Assembly (NCBI GenBank): GCA_963681965.1
Contig: OY820579.1
Span: 2,848,001 to 2,912,000, forward strand
From: a bacterium
GTDB lineage: Bacteria; Electryoneota; JAOADG01
Direction of reading: 5' to 3'
Length of the DNA stretch: 64,000 nucleotides
Translations under genes and position numbers: made by a program
Part shown: in pieces, positions 38,681 to 49,472 of the stretch
Layout: every line of letters starts with the position of its first letter
Numbering within the stretch: position 1 is the first letter of the stretch
Notes under the pieces: generated by a model
Databases searched by the model: none
Told to the model about the DNA's origin: nothing
Seen by the model: the letters and a program-made list of their open reading frames with translations, nothing else

Positions 38681-39904
38681 TTAATTCCTCGCCGTTACCC
38701 GATAGTATCGCTTGGGTTGTGACGACGAACGAACGATCGAGGTATCGGATCCAGTCCACACCGAGGAAAAATTCGTCGACCAGAAATTCGGGATCGAATC
38801 GGCTTCGAATACCGAATAACTAGTAGCTCGACTGACACTCTGCCAACTCAACCGCATATTCTGAGCATCGATCTGGGTAATCGAAAGTACCGGAGATGCT
38901 GGCGGTGTTGGTGGTGTAGCTGGTCTGGTGGTGAATTTTGCCATTACTGGAAGATGATCGGATGCCCAATAAATTGCTCTCGCCACTGTCTGCGGCACAG
39001 AGGTATTCGTCGTTGTGTCGATTAATGTATTAAAAAAATTGCCACTCTGACCGATCGTTACAAAACTGTTGGGCACATACTGGATACCAACTGTGTCGCG
39101 CATCCCTTCGGAGTAGAGCAGAAAATCGAAGCGATCATCGCAACCACCCGATGCGCCACCACCAAATTGTGCATAGCGAGGACTTTGCGTATGGAGATAG
39201 GCAAAAGCAGCACCATCATGCCATACACCGCCATTGGCTAGTGAACCGGGTGCCAAAGGATCGATCAATCGACCCTGTCGATTGGCAGTCGAATCGAGTA
39301 AAAGTGTAAACGCTGCCTCAGTGGCTCGATATAAATTGAGGTCGCCTGTCATGATAAAATCTTGACCCAATGGAAATCGATTCAATGAATCGCGCAATAT
39401 TTGTGCTTCACCTGCTCGTTGAAGCGCTTCAGCTGTTCCATCGCTTGCTTTTAAGTGTGCTTCGTACATCCGCAATCGATTATTCCCAACAACAGTATGA
39501 AGATTGTATTCGACGATGTCGCGCAGTACCGTCGGAAAATACCGCGAAGAATCATACACGAATTTCGAAGTGCGATAACACATCCCCGGATCGGAGTCGG
39601 GACCATCGTGAAAAGGTGCCATCGCGTATTGACCGGGAAAAACTGCATTCAATACCGAGTCGCGAAATAGTTGCAGCGCTGCAGACGAACCGACTTCATC
39701 GACCGTAATCAAATCGGGTGACATATAAGCAAGGACAGTGCGGAAATGTGGTAAACGCGAAGTAGTGGCGGAACTTCCGGAATTAAATTGCAACAGCGAA
39801 TAAGTACCAATTCGCAACGTGTCGATTTGTGCAAAGGCGACAACCGGTAAACCCGATAACACGACAGTTACCGATAAGACAATAAGAAATGAACGCTTCA
39901 ACAT
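38681..39904 (-). CDS. Secreted endonuclease/exonuclease/phosphatase family protein
   Basis: Signal peptide, AHLKAS, GDLNLY, DDRFDF, ASDHLPV; FN3-like tail. Confidence 0.85.
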   Translation of the reverse strand: MLKRSFLIVLSVTVVLSGLPVVAFAQIDTLRIGTYSLLQFNSGSSATTSRLPHFRTVLAYMSPDLITVDEVGSSAALQLFRDSVLNAVFPGQYAMAPFHDGPDSDPGMCYRTSKFVYDSSRYFPTVLRDIVEYNLHTVVGNNRLRMYEAHLKASDGTAEALQRAGEAQILRDSLNRFPLGQDFIMTGDLNLYRATEAAFTLLLDSTANRQGRLIDPLAPGSLANGGVWHDGAAFAYLHTQSPRYAQFGGGASGGCDDRFDFLLYSEGMRDTVGIQYVPNSFVTIGQSGNFFNTLIDTTTNTSVPQTVARAIYWASDHLPVMAKFTTRPATPPTPPASPVLSITQIDAQNMRLSWQSVSRATSYSVFEADSIPNFWSTNFSSVWTGSDTSIVRSSSQPKRYYRVTARN

Positions 39905-40011
39905 GTGAACTACTTCTTTCTAAGGCAAAAGCTACAAATGCGTGAAAAAAAGGTGAAACAATATATACTATTCATCGACATAGAAAAAATGAAGTTGAAT
40001 GGGCGAGAGTC

Positions 40012-40659
40012 TTAGAGCAGATCTAACAATTGCTTGAGATCCATTTTTGCGGTAGATAATTTATCCCGAAAAGACGCTATTTCGTCTTGTAATTTTTTAA
40101 TTACTAATAAATTGTCATTTTCTAATGATGGATTTAACATAGTTTCGCTCGGATCATTAACGGAAGACTTACCTGAATGTCCATTACTTCCAGTAGTTAC
40201 ATTTGGATTGAGCACAATCGGAACGTGCAACACATTTTCGAGGGGTGGAACAAAGATTTCGGATTCAAGTAAAGTATTACTGTTGAGCGGTATTAGTGTG
40301 CTTTCGGCGAAAGAATCTTCGATGACAAGGGATGTATCCGGTTTCGCAATCTCAAAATTAACCGGATTCAGGGAATTGTCCGATTCGAGGCGAGTGATGG
40401 CTTGATCGATTATCGTTCGACGATTTCGAAGTTCGGTTTTCGCCCCCTTGATCGTAAATTTTCGATTGTACAACAGGTCGATAATTTCTTTGATCACAAC
40501 AATATCACGTACTTGGTACTGTCGAACACCGGCAGTTGACCTGCGTGGGGTCAACATTCGAAATTCTTTTTCCCAATAGCGCAGAATATGCGCCTCGACC
40601 CCAGTGATCTCTGTGACCTCCCGGATCGAATAGTACAATTTTTTGGTTTGGATCGGCAT
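40012..40659 (-). CDS. MerR family transcriptional regulator
   Basis: KLYYSIREV...HILRYWEKEF...FTIKGAK. Confidence 0.85.
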   Translation of the reverse strand: MPIQTKKLYYSIREVTEITGVEAHILRYWEKEFRMLTPRRSTAGVRQYQVRDIVVIKEIIDLLYNRKFTIKGAKTELRNRRTIIDQAITRLESDNSLNPVNFEIAKPDTSLVIEDSFAESTLIPLNSNTLLESEIFVPPLENVLHVPIVLNPNVTTGSNGHSGKSSVNDPSETMLNPSLENDNLLVIKKLQDEIASFRDKLSTAKMDLKQLLDLL

Positions 40660-40742
40660 ACGGAATATTCTTACGATAATAAAACGAAGAAAATTGATTT
40701 ACAGATTACATGAATAAAAGATACGCATTTCTCGATAGAATT

Positions 40743-41540
40743 TCAAGAAAAGATCCTCCGAAAGTATTGCACAGCTACCGTTCCTCCGGCAAATTTATTT
40801 ATTATCGATAATTTATTACTATGAAACTTAGGTAGTGCTTCATTCCGGCATTTCTCTTCGAAAGTAGGCAGCGATTCCCAGCGATAAACGCCTCGTCGCA
40901 AAACACAAGCGGCAAGTAGATCATCCGACCAGTCCGCTTCGATTCGGGGTAGACACAGCCACTGATAGCCTGCCTCAAGCGCCATCTCGAGATGTTTTTG
41001 TCGAACTCGACCGAACGGAAAAGCGATGCTCGTGACTGACTGTCCGAAGTGCTGTTCTAAACGCTCTTTACTTTCGACGATTTCGCGTCGTGCGTCGGTA
41101 TCGGATAACAGTGTCAGTGACGTATGAGTGATACAATGCGATCCGATCCGCCAGCCATCGAAGATCAGCGAGAAGATCGCATTGTTATCGAGATGCTGGA
41201 AGGAACGCCAGGCAAGGCGTGCTTCCCAGTAATTTTTCTTCCCGATCGCATCGACAATGAGAAAGATCGTTCCGCGAAATCCGAATTTCGACAAAATTGG
41301 TGCTGCGTACCGCTTGATCGAATGATATCCATCGTCGAAAGTTAATCCCACGGCATTTTCAGGGGCATCCGTTTGCAGCGTTTCTTCCAATGGCAGCAAG
41401 ATCTTTTCAGATTGCGAAACCGCTGTCATTTGTCGTTTGAAATGCTCCGGGGTAATGGAGGTAATGCCGACTTCCCACTGCGGATCAACCTTGTGGTAGA
41501 GTAGAATTGGTTTGTGATTTAATTGGAATAAATTCGGCAC
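40743..41540 (-). CDS. Polysaccharide deacetylase (CE4)
   Basis: LLYHKV, LTFDDGY, IGSHCITH, AFPFG. Confidence 0.88.
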   Translation of the reverse strand: MPNLFQLNHKPILLYHKVDPQWEVGITSITPEHFKRQMTAVSQSEKILLPLEETLQTDAPENAVGLTFDDGYHSIKRYAAPILSKFGFRGTIFLIVDAIGKKNYWEARLAWRSFQHLDNNAIFSLIFDGWRIGSHCITHTSLTLLSDTDARREIVESKERLEQHFGQSVTSIAFPFGRVRQKHLEMALEAGYQWLCLPRIEADWSDDLLAACVLRRGVYRWESLPTFEEKCRNEALPKFHSNKLSIINKFAGGTVAVQYFRRIFS

Positions 41541-41784
41541 AAAAGGCTCACCTAGATATCAATGGAATATAATATAGCCGATTATAATACAAACATACAG
41601 ATTAGTCGAGAGAACTGAATCTACTGATCGTTAAGTTAATGGTTAGGAACTTGACGCAAAGCTATAAAAACTTTTTTCTTGACAGACAAGAAATGGTAAA
41701 GTAATTTGCCTCTTGCTCCTGCTCGGCAAAAAAAGCAATCTTGGAAACAGTTATCAAATTTTGTGATGCAACAAAGGGAAGTAT

Positions 41785-42891
41785 ATGCCTTCGAATCACG
41801 ACGTTTTTATCTCACATTCCTCATCCGACAAAATAATTGCCGATGCAGTCTGTGCAAAGTTAGAAGCCTCACACATTCGGTGTTGGGTTGCTCCTCGCGA
41901 TATTATTCCCGGCGAGACATGGGCAGGTTCGATATTCAACGCGATAACAAACTGTAAAGTCATGATTATGATCCTATCGGGGAATGCAAATTCATCTAAA
42001 CATGTTATCCGAGAAGTTGAAATTGCTGTGAAACAAAATGTAGTAATTGTTCCATTTCGAACTGAATCAATCGAGCCATCGCCTGATTTGGCTTACTTTC
42101 TCGGTGCAACTCATTGGCTCGATGCCATGACACCTCCTCTAGAAGCACGAATACAAGATTTAATAAGCTGTATTGACGGATTTCTCAATTTGAATCGGAA
42201 ATCCAAGCGAAATCAATCGAATATAATCCTTTTATCGAAAGAAATATCTCCTGAAAGCGTTGATCCGCCCAAATCGCCTGTTCGATCAACTTCCGAACCA
42301 GTTTCTCAACCAAAACCGGCACTATCCGCTCGAGAAGAGCAGACTTCACCCGCGAAACTTGCAGATCCACCCTACTTAAAATATGATCTTGAACGTGCGG
42401 AGTCTGGTCAAGTTGTCGAAATGCGCAAGATGGGTCGACGCTATGAATCCGGTGATGGTGTTCCGAAAGATATGTCCAAAGCGATTATGTGGTACCGAAG
42501 ATCAGCCGAACGTGGTTATGAATACGGGATGTGTGATCTGGCAAACTGTTACGCACAGGGAAAAGGCGTCCCTCAAGACACCAACATGGCTTTAATGTGG
42601 TATCAAAAGGCTGCTGATAGTGTCTTCAGTTGGCAGGCAGGTGCTGAAGCGTTGGCAAATTGGTATGCTAAAGGTGGCGACGGTCTGACTCAAGATTTGG
42701 CACAAGCAGTAAAATGGTATAAAAAAATCGCTGAACGGGGGTATCCAAGTGACATCTATCAGGTTGCTGAATGTTACGCCAAGGGTGGAATCGGTTTACC
42801 AAGGGATTTGAAAGAAGCAAAAGCTTGGTATCAGCGAGCTGCCGAGAAGGGTCATAAAGTCTCTCAAGATCGCCTTAAAGACCTTTACTAG
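41785..42891 (+). CDS. TIR domain plus Sel1 repeat protein
   Basis: DVFISHSSSD, CWVAPRDI.PG, HVIREV; four Sel1 units (G.GVPKD..KA..WY..AA..G). Confidence 0.88.
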   Translation: MPSNHDVFISHSSSDKIIADAVCAKLEASHIRCWVAPRDIIPGETWAGSIFNAITNCKVMIMILSGNANSSKHVIREVEIAVKQNVVIVPFRTESIEPSPDLAYFLGATHWLDAMTPPLEARIQDLISCIDGFLNLNRKSKRNQSNIILLSKEISPESVDPPKSPVRSTSEPVSQPKPALSAREEQTSPAKLADPPYLKYDLERAESGQVVEMRKMGRRYESGDGVPKDMSKAIMWYRRSAERGYEYGMCDLANCYAQGKGVPQDTNMALMWYQKAADSVFSWQAGAEALANWYAKGGDGLTQDLAQAVKWYKKIAERGYPSDIYQVAECYAKGGIGLPRDLKEAKAWYQRAAEKGHKVSQDRLKDLY

Positions 42892-42923
42892 TGCCGGCTT
42901 TTCAAAATGCTACAATAAGGAAA

Positions 42924-42947
42924 TAGGTGAGCTGATTAGCTCACCTA
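42924..42947. terminator. Hairpin between convergent genes
   Basis: TAGGTGAGCT-gatt-AGCTCACCTA. Confidence 0.6.
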
Positions 42948-42973
42948 CTTGAATTTACATTGTTGTGTATTAA

Positions 42974-44188
42974 TTATTTAAAATCCCGCTTGCCGGACAG
43001 CCAGAGCCGTTGATATTGATCAATCAGCGTAAAGGCTTCTTCGAGGATATCCTCAGTCGGCAGGAACACAAACCGGAAATGCTGTGTACCCGGTTTTTGA
43101 CCAAAGCCACTACCGTGCACTACAACTACGCCGGTTGAGCGAATCAATCCTTTCACCCAATCTTCGTCGCTTTCCTGAATGTCGAGTTTCGGAAAACTAT
43201 AAAATGCTCCAGTCGGTTTGACCACCGATATACCCGGTATCTGTGATAGTTTACTGACACTGATGTCGCGCCGTCGCTGAAGCTTTTGCTTCACTTCGGT
43301 CAAGAACGATTGATCGCCATCGAGTGCTTCGGCAATCGCGAATTGCATCGGGTGACTGGCGCACAAGCGTGCTCGAAGGAATTTATTGATCGCATTGATG
43401 TAATCTTTCAATTTCTCTTCCGGACCCGAAACAATACCCCAACCGATGCGCCATCCCGGTGCAACGTACCCTTTCGAAAGACCGTTGAAAGTAATGCACG
43501 GTAAATCGGGTGATAGCGAGGCAATACTGGTATGCGCCAATCCATCGAGTAGTAACTTATCGTAGATTTCATCGGCAAAGACGACCACATCATGAGCCAG
43601 TGCCATCTCGACAATGCGTTCCAACGTTTTACGCGAATACAACGATCCGGTTGGATTATTCGGGTTGATCAAGACGATGGCGCGAGTTCGCTCGTCAATT
43701 AAACTGGCAATCTCGTCGGCATCGGGTGCCCAATCATTTTCCTCTACGAGGTAATAGGGTCGATACTCTACTCCAAGTTTAGCTAAAATTGCCGAATAAA
43801 GCGGATATCCCGGTGTCGGGCAAAGAACGTTGTCGCCCGGATTGCATAGAGCGGTAAGTGCTAAATCAATAGCTTCCGAGGCACCGGTTGTAACAAATAT
43901 ATCCCGGATCGGTTGAATCCCTTTTCGGGTCGCTTCGCGTCGAATGGCGTCGCGCGCCGATTCGATCCCGGAACTGGGGGAATAACCGTTGTGGGAGTTC
44001 GCAATCATCCCTCGAGCGACGGCTTCTTTCAAGTGTTGTGGCGTATCGAAATCGTATTGATTGGGATCGCCAATATTTAATGCATATAGTTTGCCACCGC
44101 GCTGTTTCACTTCGTCGGCGATCAACAGTACGTCGCGGACGGCATAAAAGATCTCGTGTGAACGCAGTGCAGGTTGAATGGAAGACAT
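42974..44188 (-). CDS. Class I/II PLP aminotransferase (AlaA-like)
   Basis: LNIGDP, INPNNPTG, DEIYD, NGLSK..PGWRIGW. Confidence 0.9.
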   Translation of the reverse strand: MSSIQPALRSHEIFYAVRDVLLIADEVKQRGGKLYALNIGDPNQYDFDTPQHLKEAVARGMIANSHNGYSPSSGIESARDAIRREATRKGIQPIRDIFVTTGASEAIDLALTALCNPGDNVLCPTPGYPLYSAILAKLGVEYRPYYLVEENDWAPDADEIASLIDERTRAIVLINPNNPTGSLYSRKTLERIVEMALAHDVVVFADEIYDKLLLDGLAHTSIASLSPDLPCITFNGLSKGYVAPGWRIGWGIVSGPEEKLKDYINAINKFLRARLCASHPMQFAIAEALDGDQSFLTEVKQKLQRRRDISVSKLSQIPGISVVKPTGAFYSFPKLDIQESDEDWVKGLIRSTGVVVVHGSGFGQKPGTQHFRFVFLPTEDILEEAFTLIDQYQRLWLSGKRDFK

Positions 44189-44384
44189 GTTTAACCTCTG
44201 TAATGAAATGGTTTGTCAATTTACATCAAAAATGATACTCAGTTCAACGTACGATCTTGGATGTATGGCATTTCCCACTGAGAATTACTATCTTGTACAG
44301 ATTTGTCCTCATATTTTTATAATTGTATCTCAAACCTTGAAATAGAGTACTTCGAGGTCGCGCTGATAGAAAGGGTGCATCAAA

Positions 44385-45686
44385 ATGCGCAAGGTTTTAA
44401 TTGTTGTAGTAGTTTTTTTGGCAGCTTCTGCTTTTGCCTTCAGTCCTCAGGGGCGTTATTACGGTGACCCGATTGTCGGTATCACAGCTCGATCGCTGTC
44501 AATGGGTGAAGTTGGATTAATCGGCGCAACTGGTGCGATCGAAGGGGTACGAAATCCGGCACAGCTTTCAGCGCTTTCTTCTGGTTTTCATATCGAAGCA
44601 TCCGGGATGTTTCCACAAACGATTGAATCGCGATCTTTTCCAATCTACGACGGATTTGATGGTGTTTTAGCCGATAATCAGTACGTATCGACCTCGATGG
44701 GCGATGCACAATTCGCGATTGGTTTATCATTCTCGATGAAAAGTGAAGCGGGGACGCCATGGACGGTCGCTCTCGTTTCCAAACCAAGCCTCGATTATTA
44801 TTACAAATTCAAAGAAGAAATTCGCGATCGCTTTAGTACCGGCGGTCTTCAAGATCGCGTACGCGGACGAGTGGAAGACAAAACTGAAGGTGCACGACGA
44901 TGGTCGGGAATCGCGGCATCGTTTCCCATCATGCAATCGTTGTCAGCCGGTGTCGCGGTTGGTATGAATAGTGGATCGATTAAATCGAAGTACGCGTTTG
45001 CTCGCTTTTTAGATGGTGACAGTGCCGGAACGATTGAAATCAGCGATGAACCTGACAATGCGCACATGGAAAGCCGAATCGGTTTGACATATCAAATGAA
45101 CGACCGGCTTCGATTCGGTGCGAATTACACCCTTCGAGGAAGTTGGAACGACAAGATTTCGATCGATTCTACCTCGCGCTATTATGTTGCCAATAATTTA
45201 CGAACGAAGAGCAGCAACACTTCGATGGTGATCAACAGAACGTATCCTTCTTCGATCGGCGCGGGCTTGGAATATATCCCCGGACAAATGCTGCGGTCGA
45301 AATTCAATGCTGAATTTGAATGGACCAATTGGAAGAGTACCGATCTCGGTGTGAAAGGTTTAGAATTATTGAATACGATGGACGTACGATTAGGTATCGA
45401 ACATCGCATTTTACCGGAAGTACCCGTTCGATTTGGCTACCGCTACTCCCCATCGCCCTTTGATAAGGAATGGGCTGTGTCGTACTTATCCGCTGGCAGC
45501 GGTTACGATTCCAAGAATTGGGTAATTGATTTTGGTGTCCAATTCGGTCATCTATCGACCAAGGGCAACGATCCTGTGCCCGATAACTGGTTTGGCGGTA
45601 CTGCTCGTGTCGATCAGGACAAGGTCCAAGATCGCATGTTCCGGTTCACTGCCGGGCTTTCTTATCATTTTGACACCACTAAGTAA
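44385..45686 (+). CDS. Outer-membrane beta-barrel (FadL/PorV-like)
   Basis: Signal peptide, ARSLSMG..NPAQL plug motif, terminal GLSYHF strand. Confidence 0.7.
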   Translation: MRKVLIVVVVFLAASAFAFSPQGRYYGDPIVGITARSLSMGEVGLIGATGAIEGVRNPAQLSALSSGFHIEASGMFPQTIESRSFPIYDGFDGVLADNQYVSTSMGDAQFAIGLSFSMKSEAGTPWTVALVSKPSLDYYYKFKEEIRDRFSTGGLQDRVRGRVEDKTEGARRWSGIAASFPIMQSLSAGVAVGMNSGSIKSKYAFARFLDGDSAGTIEISDEPDNAHMESRIGLTYQMNDRLRFGANYTLRGSWNDKISIDSTSRYYVANNLRTKSSNTSMVINRTYPSSIGAGLEYIPGQMLRSKFNAEFEWTNWKSTDLGVKGLELLNTMDVRLGIEHRILPEVPVRFGYRYSPSPFDKEWAVSYLSAGSGYDSKNWVIDFGVQFGHLSTKGNDPVPDNWFGGTARVDQDKVQDRMFRFTAGLSYHFDTTK

Positions 45687-45704
45687 ATTCCGGAGTCGGA
45701 CGTA

Positions 45705-46700
45705 ATGGGGGATTTCGTTTACGACTTTGGGATTATTGGTACTGGACCGATTGGATTATTTGCGGGCTTTTACGCCGGATATCACGGTCTGAATAGTGTA
45801 GCGTTCGATTTACTGCCGGAATTGGGCGGACAGTTAATCAATTTGTATCCGGAAAAATGGATCTTTGATGTCGGCGGTCATGTAAAGATTGAGGCTCGTG
45901 TATATATCGATTCGGTATTGCAACAAGCTTCGGTATTTTCACCGACCTACTTTGTGAATGAACGGATCGACCGTATCGAACCAGTCGATCCGGCTGTACA
46001 CCAAGGTGCTCGGTATCGATTGACCAGCAGTGAACGATCGGTTTTGGCGAAGTGTATTCTGATTAGTGGCGGGATGGGCGCTTATCGACCGCGATCACTT
46101 GATCTACCCAATCTGTCAGCGTTGGAAAATGCCGGTATTCACTACAAAGTGACTGCCAAAGAGCATTTTCGAAACAAACGGGTGATGATTGTCGGAGGTG
46201 GCGACAGCGCAGTCGATTGGGCAGTCAACTTACACGGCGTTGCACAAAAAATTTGTGCTGTTCACCGCGCTCATCAGTTCAAAGCATTGGAAGCTACTGT
46301 CGCGGAAATGATCCACGATACTGCTGCCGAAATCTTGGTTCCCTTCGAAGTCAAAGCACTTCACGGAACGACCCATTTAACCGGAGTCACGCTCATTCAC
46401 AGTGAAACCAGAACCGAACAATATTTCGAAGTTGACGATTTACTGCTGATGATCGGATTAATCGCCAATTTGGGTCCTATCGCCGAGTGGGGACTTCAAA
46501 TCAAGAATAACGGTATTCTGGTAGATCGCCATCAGCAAACCAATCTGGAAGCGATCTACGCCATTGGTGATATTGCCCAATATCCGGGTAAAATCAATTT
46601 AATCGCTGCCGGAAATGGCGAAGCTAGTACGGCAATCGAACATGCGATTGCCACATACTTGAAAGTCGAACCACGTCCTCGAGATTGGCTTGAACAGTGA
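45705..46700 (+). CDS. Ferredoxin-NADP+ reductase (YumC/TrxB-like)
   Basis: IIGTGPIG, LGGQL..LYPEK.IFDV, GGGDSAVDWA, AIGDI..YPGK..LI. Confidence 0.88.
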   Translation: MGDFVYDFGIIGTGPIGLFAGFYAGYHGLNSVAFDLLPELGGQLINLYPEKWIFDVGGHVKIEARVYIDSVLQQASVFSPTYFVNERIDRIEPVDPAVHQGARYRLTSSERSVLAKCILISGGMGAYRPRSLDLPNLSALENAGIHYKVTAKEHFRNKRVMIVGGGDSAVDWAVNLHGVAQKICAVHRAHQFKALEATVAEMIHDTAAEILVPFEVKALHGTTHLTGVTLIHSETRTEQYFEVDDLLLMIGLIANLGPIAEWGLQIKNNGILVDRHQQTNLEAIYAIGDIAQYPGKINLIAAGNGEASTAIEHAIATYLKVEPRPRDWLEQ

Positions 46701-46933
46701 TTTCTCGGAAATCGATGCTAAGTGAAATCGACCTATATATCGAGAGGTGAAATCGGATGTGGTTGGATTTCTTTCTTCTCTGCGGCGATTTTCTGGTCGA
46801 TATTCTGCTCTTTCGCTGGTGGCGCAAAGATCGCGAGCCGGGTCAGCGAAAACGAAGATCTAATTACAAGTATTAATCGAACGATCGGTAATTCCACTCG
46901 ATCGTTTTCTTATTCTTTCGCATTGGGTAGAAA

Positions 46934-48595
46934 ATGATTCGCTTTAGTTCCTTATTGCTTTTATTGTTGGTCTGTACCAGTGCCGCTTTGGCATTATCCC
47001 CCGACGACTGGAATAGCTCGTCTGTCCCACCCGGTCTAGAACGTATCACAGTGGTTTTCACCAATGACGTTCATGGTGGAATCATGCGTTCAAGTGCGGA
47101 ATTCTTGAATCCAGAATTTCCACCTTCACTCGGTGGTGCTTCCGCTGCTTATAAAATCATCGAGTCATTACGCGATCGGGCTAAACGCGACGGGCAAGCC
47201 TTTATGATATTTGACGCCGGCGATATCTACCAAGGTGCTCCGATCGGTACACGAACCCACGGTCTTGCAATCGTCGATTACTTGAATTTGATTGGAACGA
47301 CCGCTGTTGTCGTCGGTAACCACGATCTTGATCAAGGAACGTGGTCGTTAGATTCGATGTCGAAACATGCTAATTTCACTTGGCTGGCTGCTAACCTGAA
47401 AGAAAAAGGCACCGATAAAGTATACCATGCAGTCAAACCCTGGAAGATTTTCGAGTTAAGCGGTCTAAAAGTCGGTCTAATCGGTTTAACCACGACAGCG
47501 ACTAAATATATGTCGTTCCCCAAAAACATCGCTGCAGTGGACATTGAAGACGAAATTCCGGCATTAACTCGGGCAATGGCTGAAGTGAAAGCTGCTGGTG
47601 CACAATCGATATGGGTTATCTTTCATCAGGGAATCGAATTCGACGAGGATGCGAACTATCAGAAGCTACTTTCGATCGAGAAAAACAACGGATTTACCAG
47701 TCAATCGGTTCGCGACGCACAAGAACTGGCACACCGCGTTCCCGGGATCGATGTTATGTTTACCGGTCATATCCATATCGGCAAACCCAAAGGGTGGGTT
47801 CACCCCAAGACCCACACGCTCATGGTGCAAAACTACGGACATGGCGGCAATATCGGAGTAGTGGATTTGTTTGTTGACAAGAAATCGGGACGATTGGTGA
47901 AGTTCAAGATGCCGACCGATAATTCGATGTTGCTTCTGCTTCAGGAAGAGCAATGGGGTCGCGACGAGGGTATCGATAAAACCATTCAAGCGATCGTTGA
48001 TACAGTAGAACAGGGAATGGACGAGGTTATTGGCGAAGCGATGGCGGAATTCCAACGCGGTGATGCCAATTCGGCAATGGTTGAATTTGTCGCCGATGCA
48101 ATGCAGGACTACGGCAATACTGATCTAGCACTGCAAAACACCGGCGGTGTTCGAGAAAATTTTGCTCCCGGCAATATCACTCGCCGATCGATTTTTCATA
48201 TTGAACCATTCGGGAATGAGTTAGTTAAATTCAAAGTAACCGGTGACTTTATCAAGAGGTTGCTGGAAAACCGTGCGTCCAGCGATCGCCTCGGAACGGG
48301 TATTGCCGGCTTGGTAATCACCTTCGATGGAAGTCGCCCAAAAGAAGATCGCATCACAAAAATCGAATTTACCAATGGAAAAATCTTCAATCGAGACAGC
48401 ATCTATACGGTAACGACTTCCGACTATTTACTAATGGGTAATTCCGGTATGCAAATGTTAACGACTATTCCACAGGATCAAGTCGATTGGACCGGTGTTC
48501 GAATTTCCGATGCCATAACCAAATTCGTAACGAAGAAAACACCATTACAACCAGTCACGAACACCCGTTGGATCGATGTAGCCGAAAAGAAGTAA
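46934..48595 (+). CDS. Secreted 5'-nucleotidase/metallophosphatase (UshA-like)
   Basis: TNDVHG, DAGD, GNHD, GHIH, QNTGGVR, PFGN. Confidence 0.88.
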   Translation: MIRFSSLLLLLLVCTSAALALSPDDWNSSSVPPGLERITVVFTNDVHGGIMRSSAEFLNPEFPPSLGGASAAYKIIESLRDRAKRDGQAFMIFDAGDIYQGAPIGTRTHGLAIVDYLNLIGTTAVVVGNHDLDQGTWSLDSMSKHANFTWLAANLKEKGTDKVYHAVKPWKIFELSGLKVGLIGLTTTATKYMSFPKNIAAVDIEDEIPALTRAMAEVKAAGAQSIWVIFHQGIEFDEDANYQKLLSIEKNNGFTSQSVRDAQELAHRVPGIDVMFTGHIHIGKPKGWVHPKTHTLMVQNYGHGGNIGVVDLFVDKKSGRLVKFKMPTDNSMLLLLQEEQWGRDEGIDKTIQAIVDTVEQGMDEVIGEAMAEFQRGDANSAMVEFVADAMQDYGNTDLALQNTGGVRENFAPGNITRRSIFHIEPFGNELVKFKVTGDFIKRLLENRASSDRLGTGIAGLVITFDGSRPKEDRITKIEFTNGKIFNRDSIYTVTTSDYLLMGNSGMQMLTTIPQDQVDWTGVRISDAITKFVTKKTPLQPVTNTRWIDVAEKK

Positions 48596-48625
48596 ATCAC
48601 CACTCACATCACCTTGTATCGATTT

Positions 48626-48651
48626 AAGGGCGTTTCGGCGCCCTTTTTTTT
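48626..48651 (+). terminator. Rho-independent terminator
   Basis: AAGGGCG-tttcgg-CGCCCTT followed by a T-run. Confidence 0.8.
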
Positions 48652-48792
48652 ATTGCTCAGATGAACGGACGTTTCTTTCAATTATTTACTTTTGTATTTT
48701 GAACGTGATCTTCCTCGATTCAATGTGTTTATTAGTAGATTGAATACGAACCAAACACCTAGTACTATTTTATTGAGAGATGAGGTCTACTC

Positions 48793-49434
48793 ATGGTGCT
48801 GCCATTTACTCAAGAAGAATTTCTATCCGTTTTTTCCGAGTACAATACCGCTATCGATCCAATGCCAATCGCCGGTTATTTTTTTGCAATAGTCATAGTT
48901 CTGGCAATTCAACTTAGAAAAAAATGGGCAGGCACATTTACCGGTTTCACTCTAGGAATGATGTGGATATGGAATGGTGCGGTTTATCAAATTGGTTACT
49001 TTTCGGCAATCAATAAAGCCGCCTACGGATTCGGGACGCTCATGATTGTTGAGGGAATATTGCTCATTCGGGTTGCTATCCGATGGGATCAAATCAACTT
49101 TCAATATTCACCCAATTGGAAAACCATATCGGGTTACATATTAATAATCTATTCGATGATCGTCTATTCCGTGATTGGTACTATGCTCGGACACGGATAT
49201 CCCCAATCGCCAGTGTTTGGCGTCGCGCCTTGTCCAACTACAATCTTTACTTTTGGTATTTTATTGTTACTCCGAAAACCGTATGCAAAGTTTCTGCTGA
49301 TTATCCCTGTGCTTTGGGCAGCAATCGGAACAGTAGCGGCGCTTCAATTGGGAATACGCGAGGATGTATTGCTCATAGCGGGTCCGGTGGTTTTTCTTAT
49401 CGATTATGTATTGAACCGAAGTAAAACGAAGTAA
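48793..49434 (+). CDS. DUF6064-like membrane protein
   Basis: LPFT.EEF..VF..YN and FGVAPCPTTIFTFG motifs; multiple TMs. Confidence 0.75.
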   Translation: MVLPFTQEEFLSVFSEYNTAIDPMPIAGYFFAIVIVLAIQLRKKWAGTFTGFTLGMMWIWNGAVYQIGYFSAINKAAYGFGTLMIVEGILLIRVAIRWDQINFQYSPNWKTISGYILIIYSMIVYSVIGTMLGHGYPQSPVFGVAPCPTTIFTFGILLLLRKPYAKFLLIIPVLWAAIGTVAALQLGIREDVLLIAGPVVFLIDYVLNRSKTK

Positions 49435-49472
49435 AAGAGTGGGTAAATCGAAACGCACTGAATCAGATGAAA

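Noticed and set aside
46624-46937. Small ORFs between the ferredoxin reductase and 5'-nucleotidase genes
   Set aside because: Competing frames on both strands and no motif; cannot support either.
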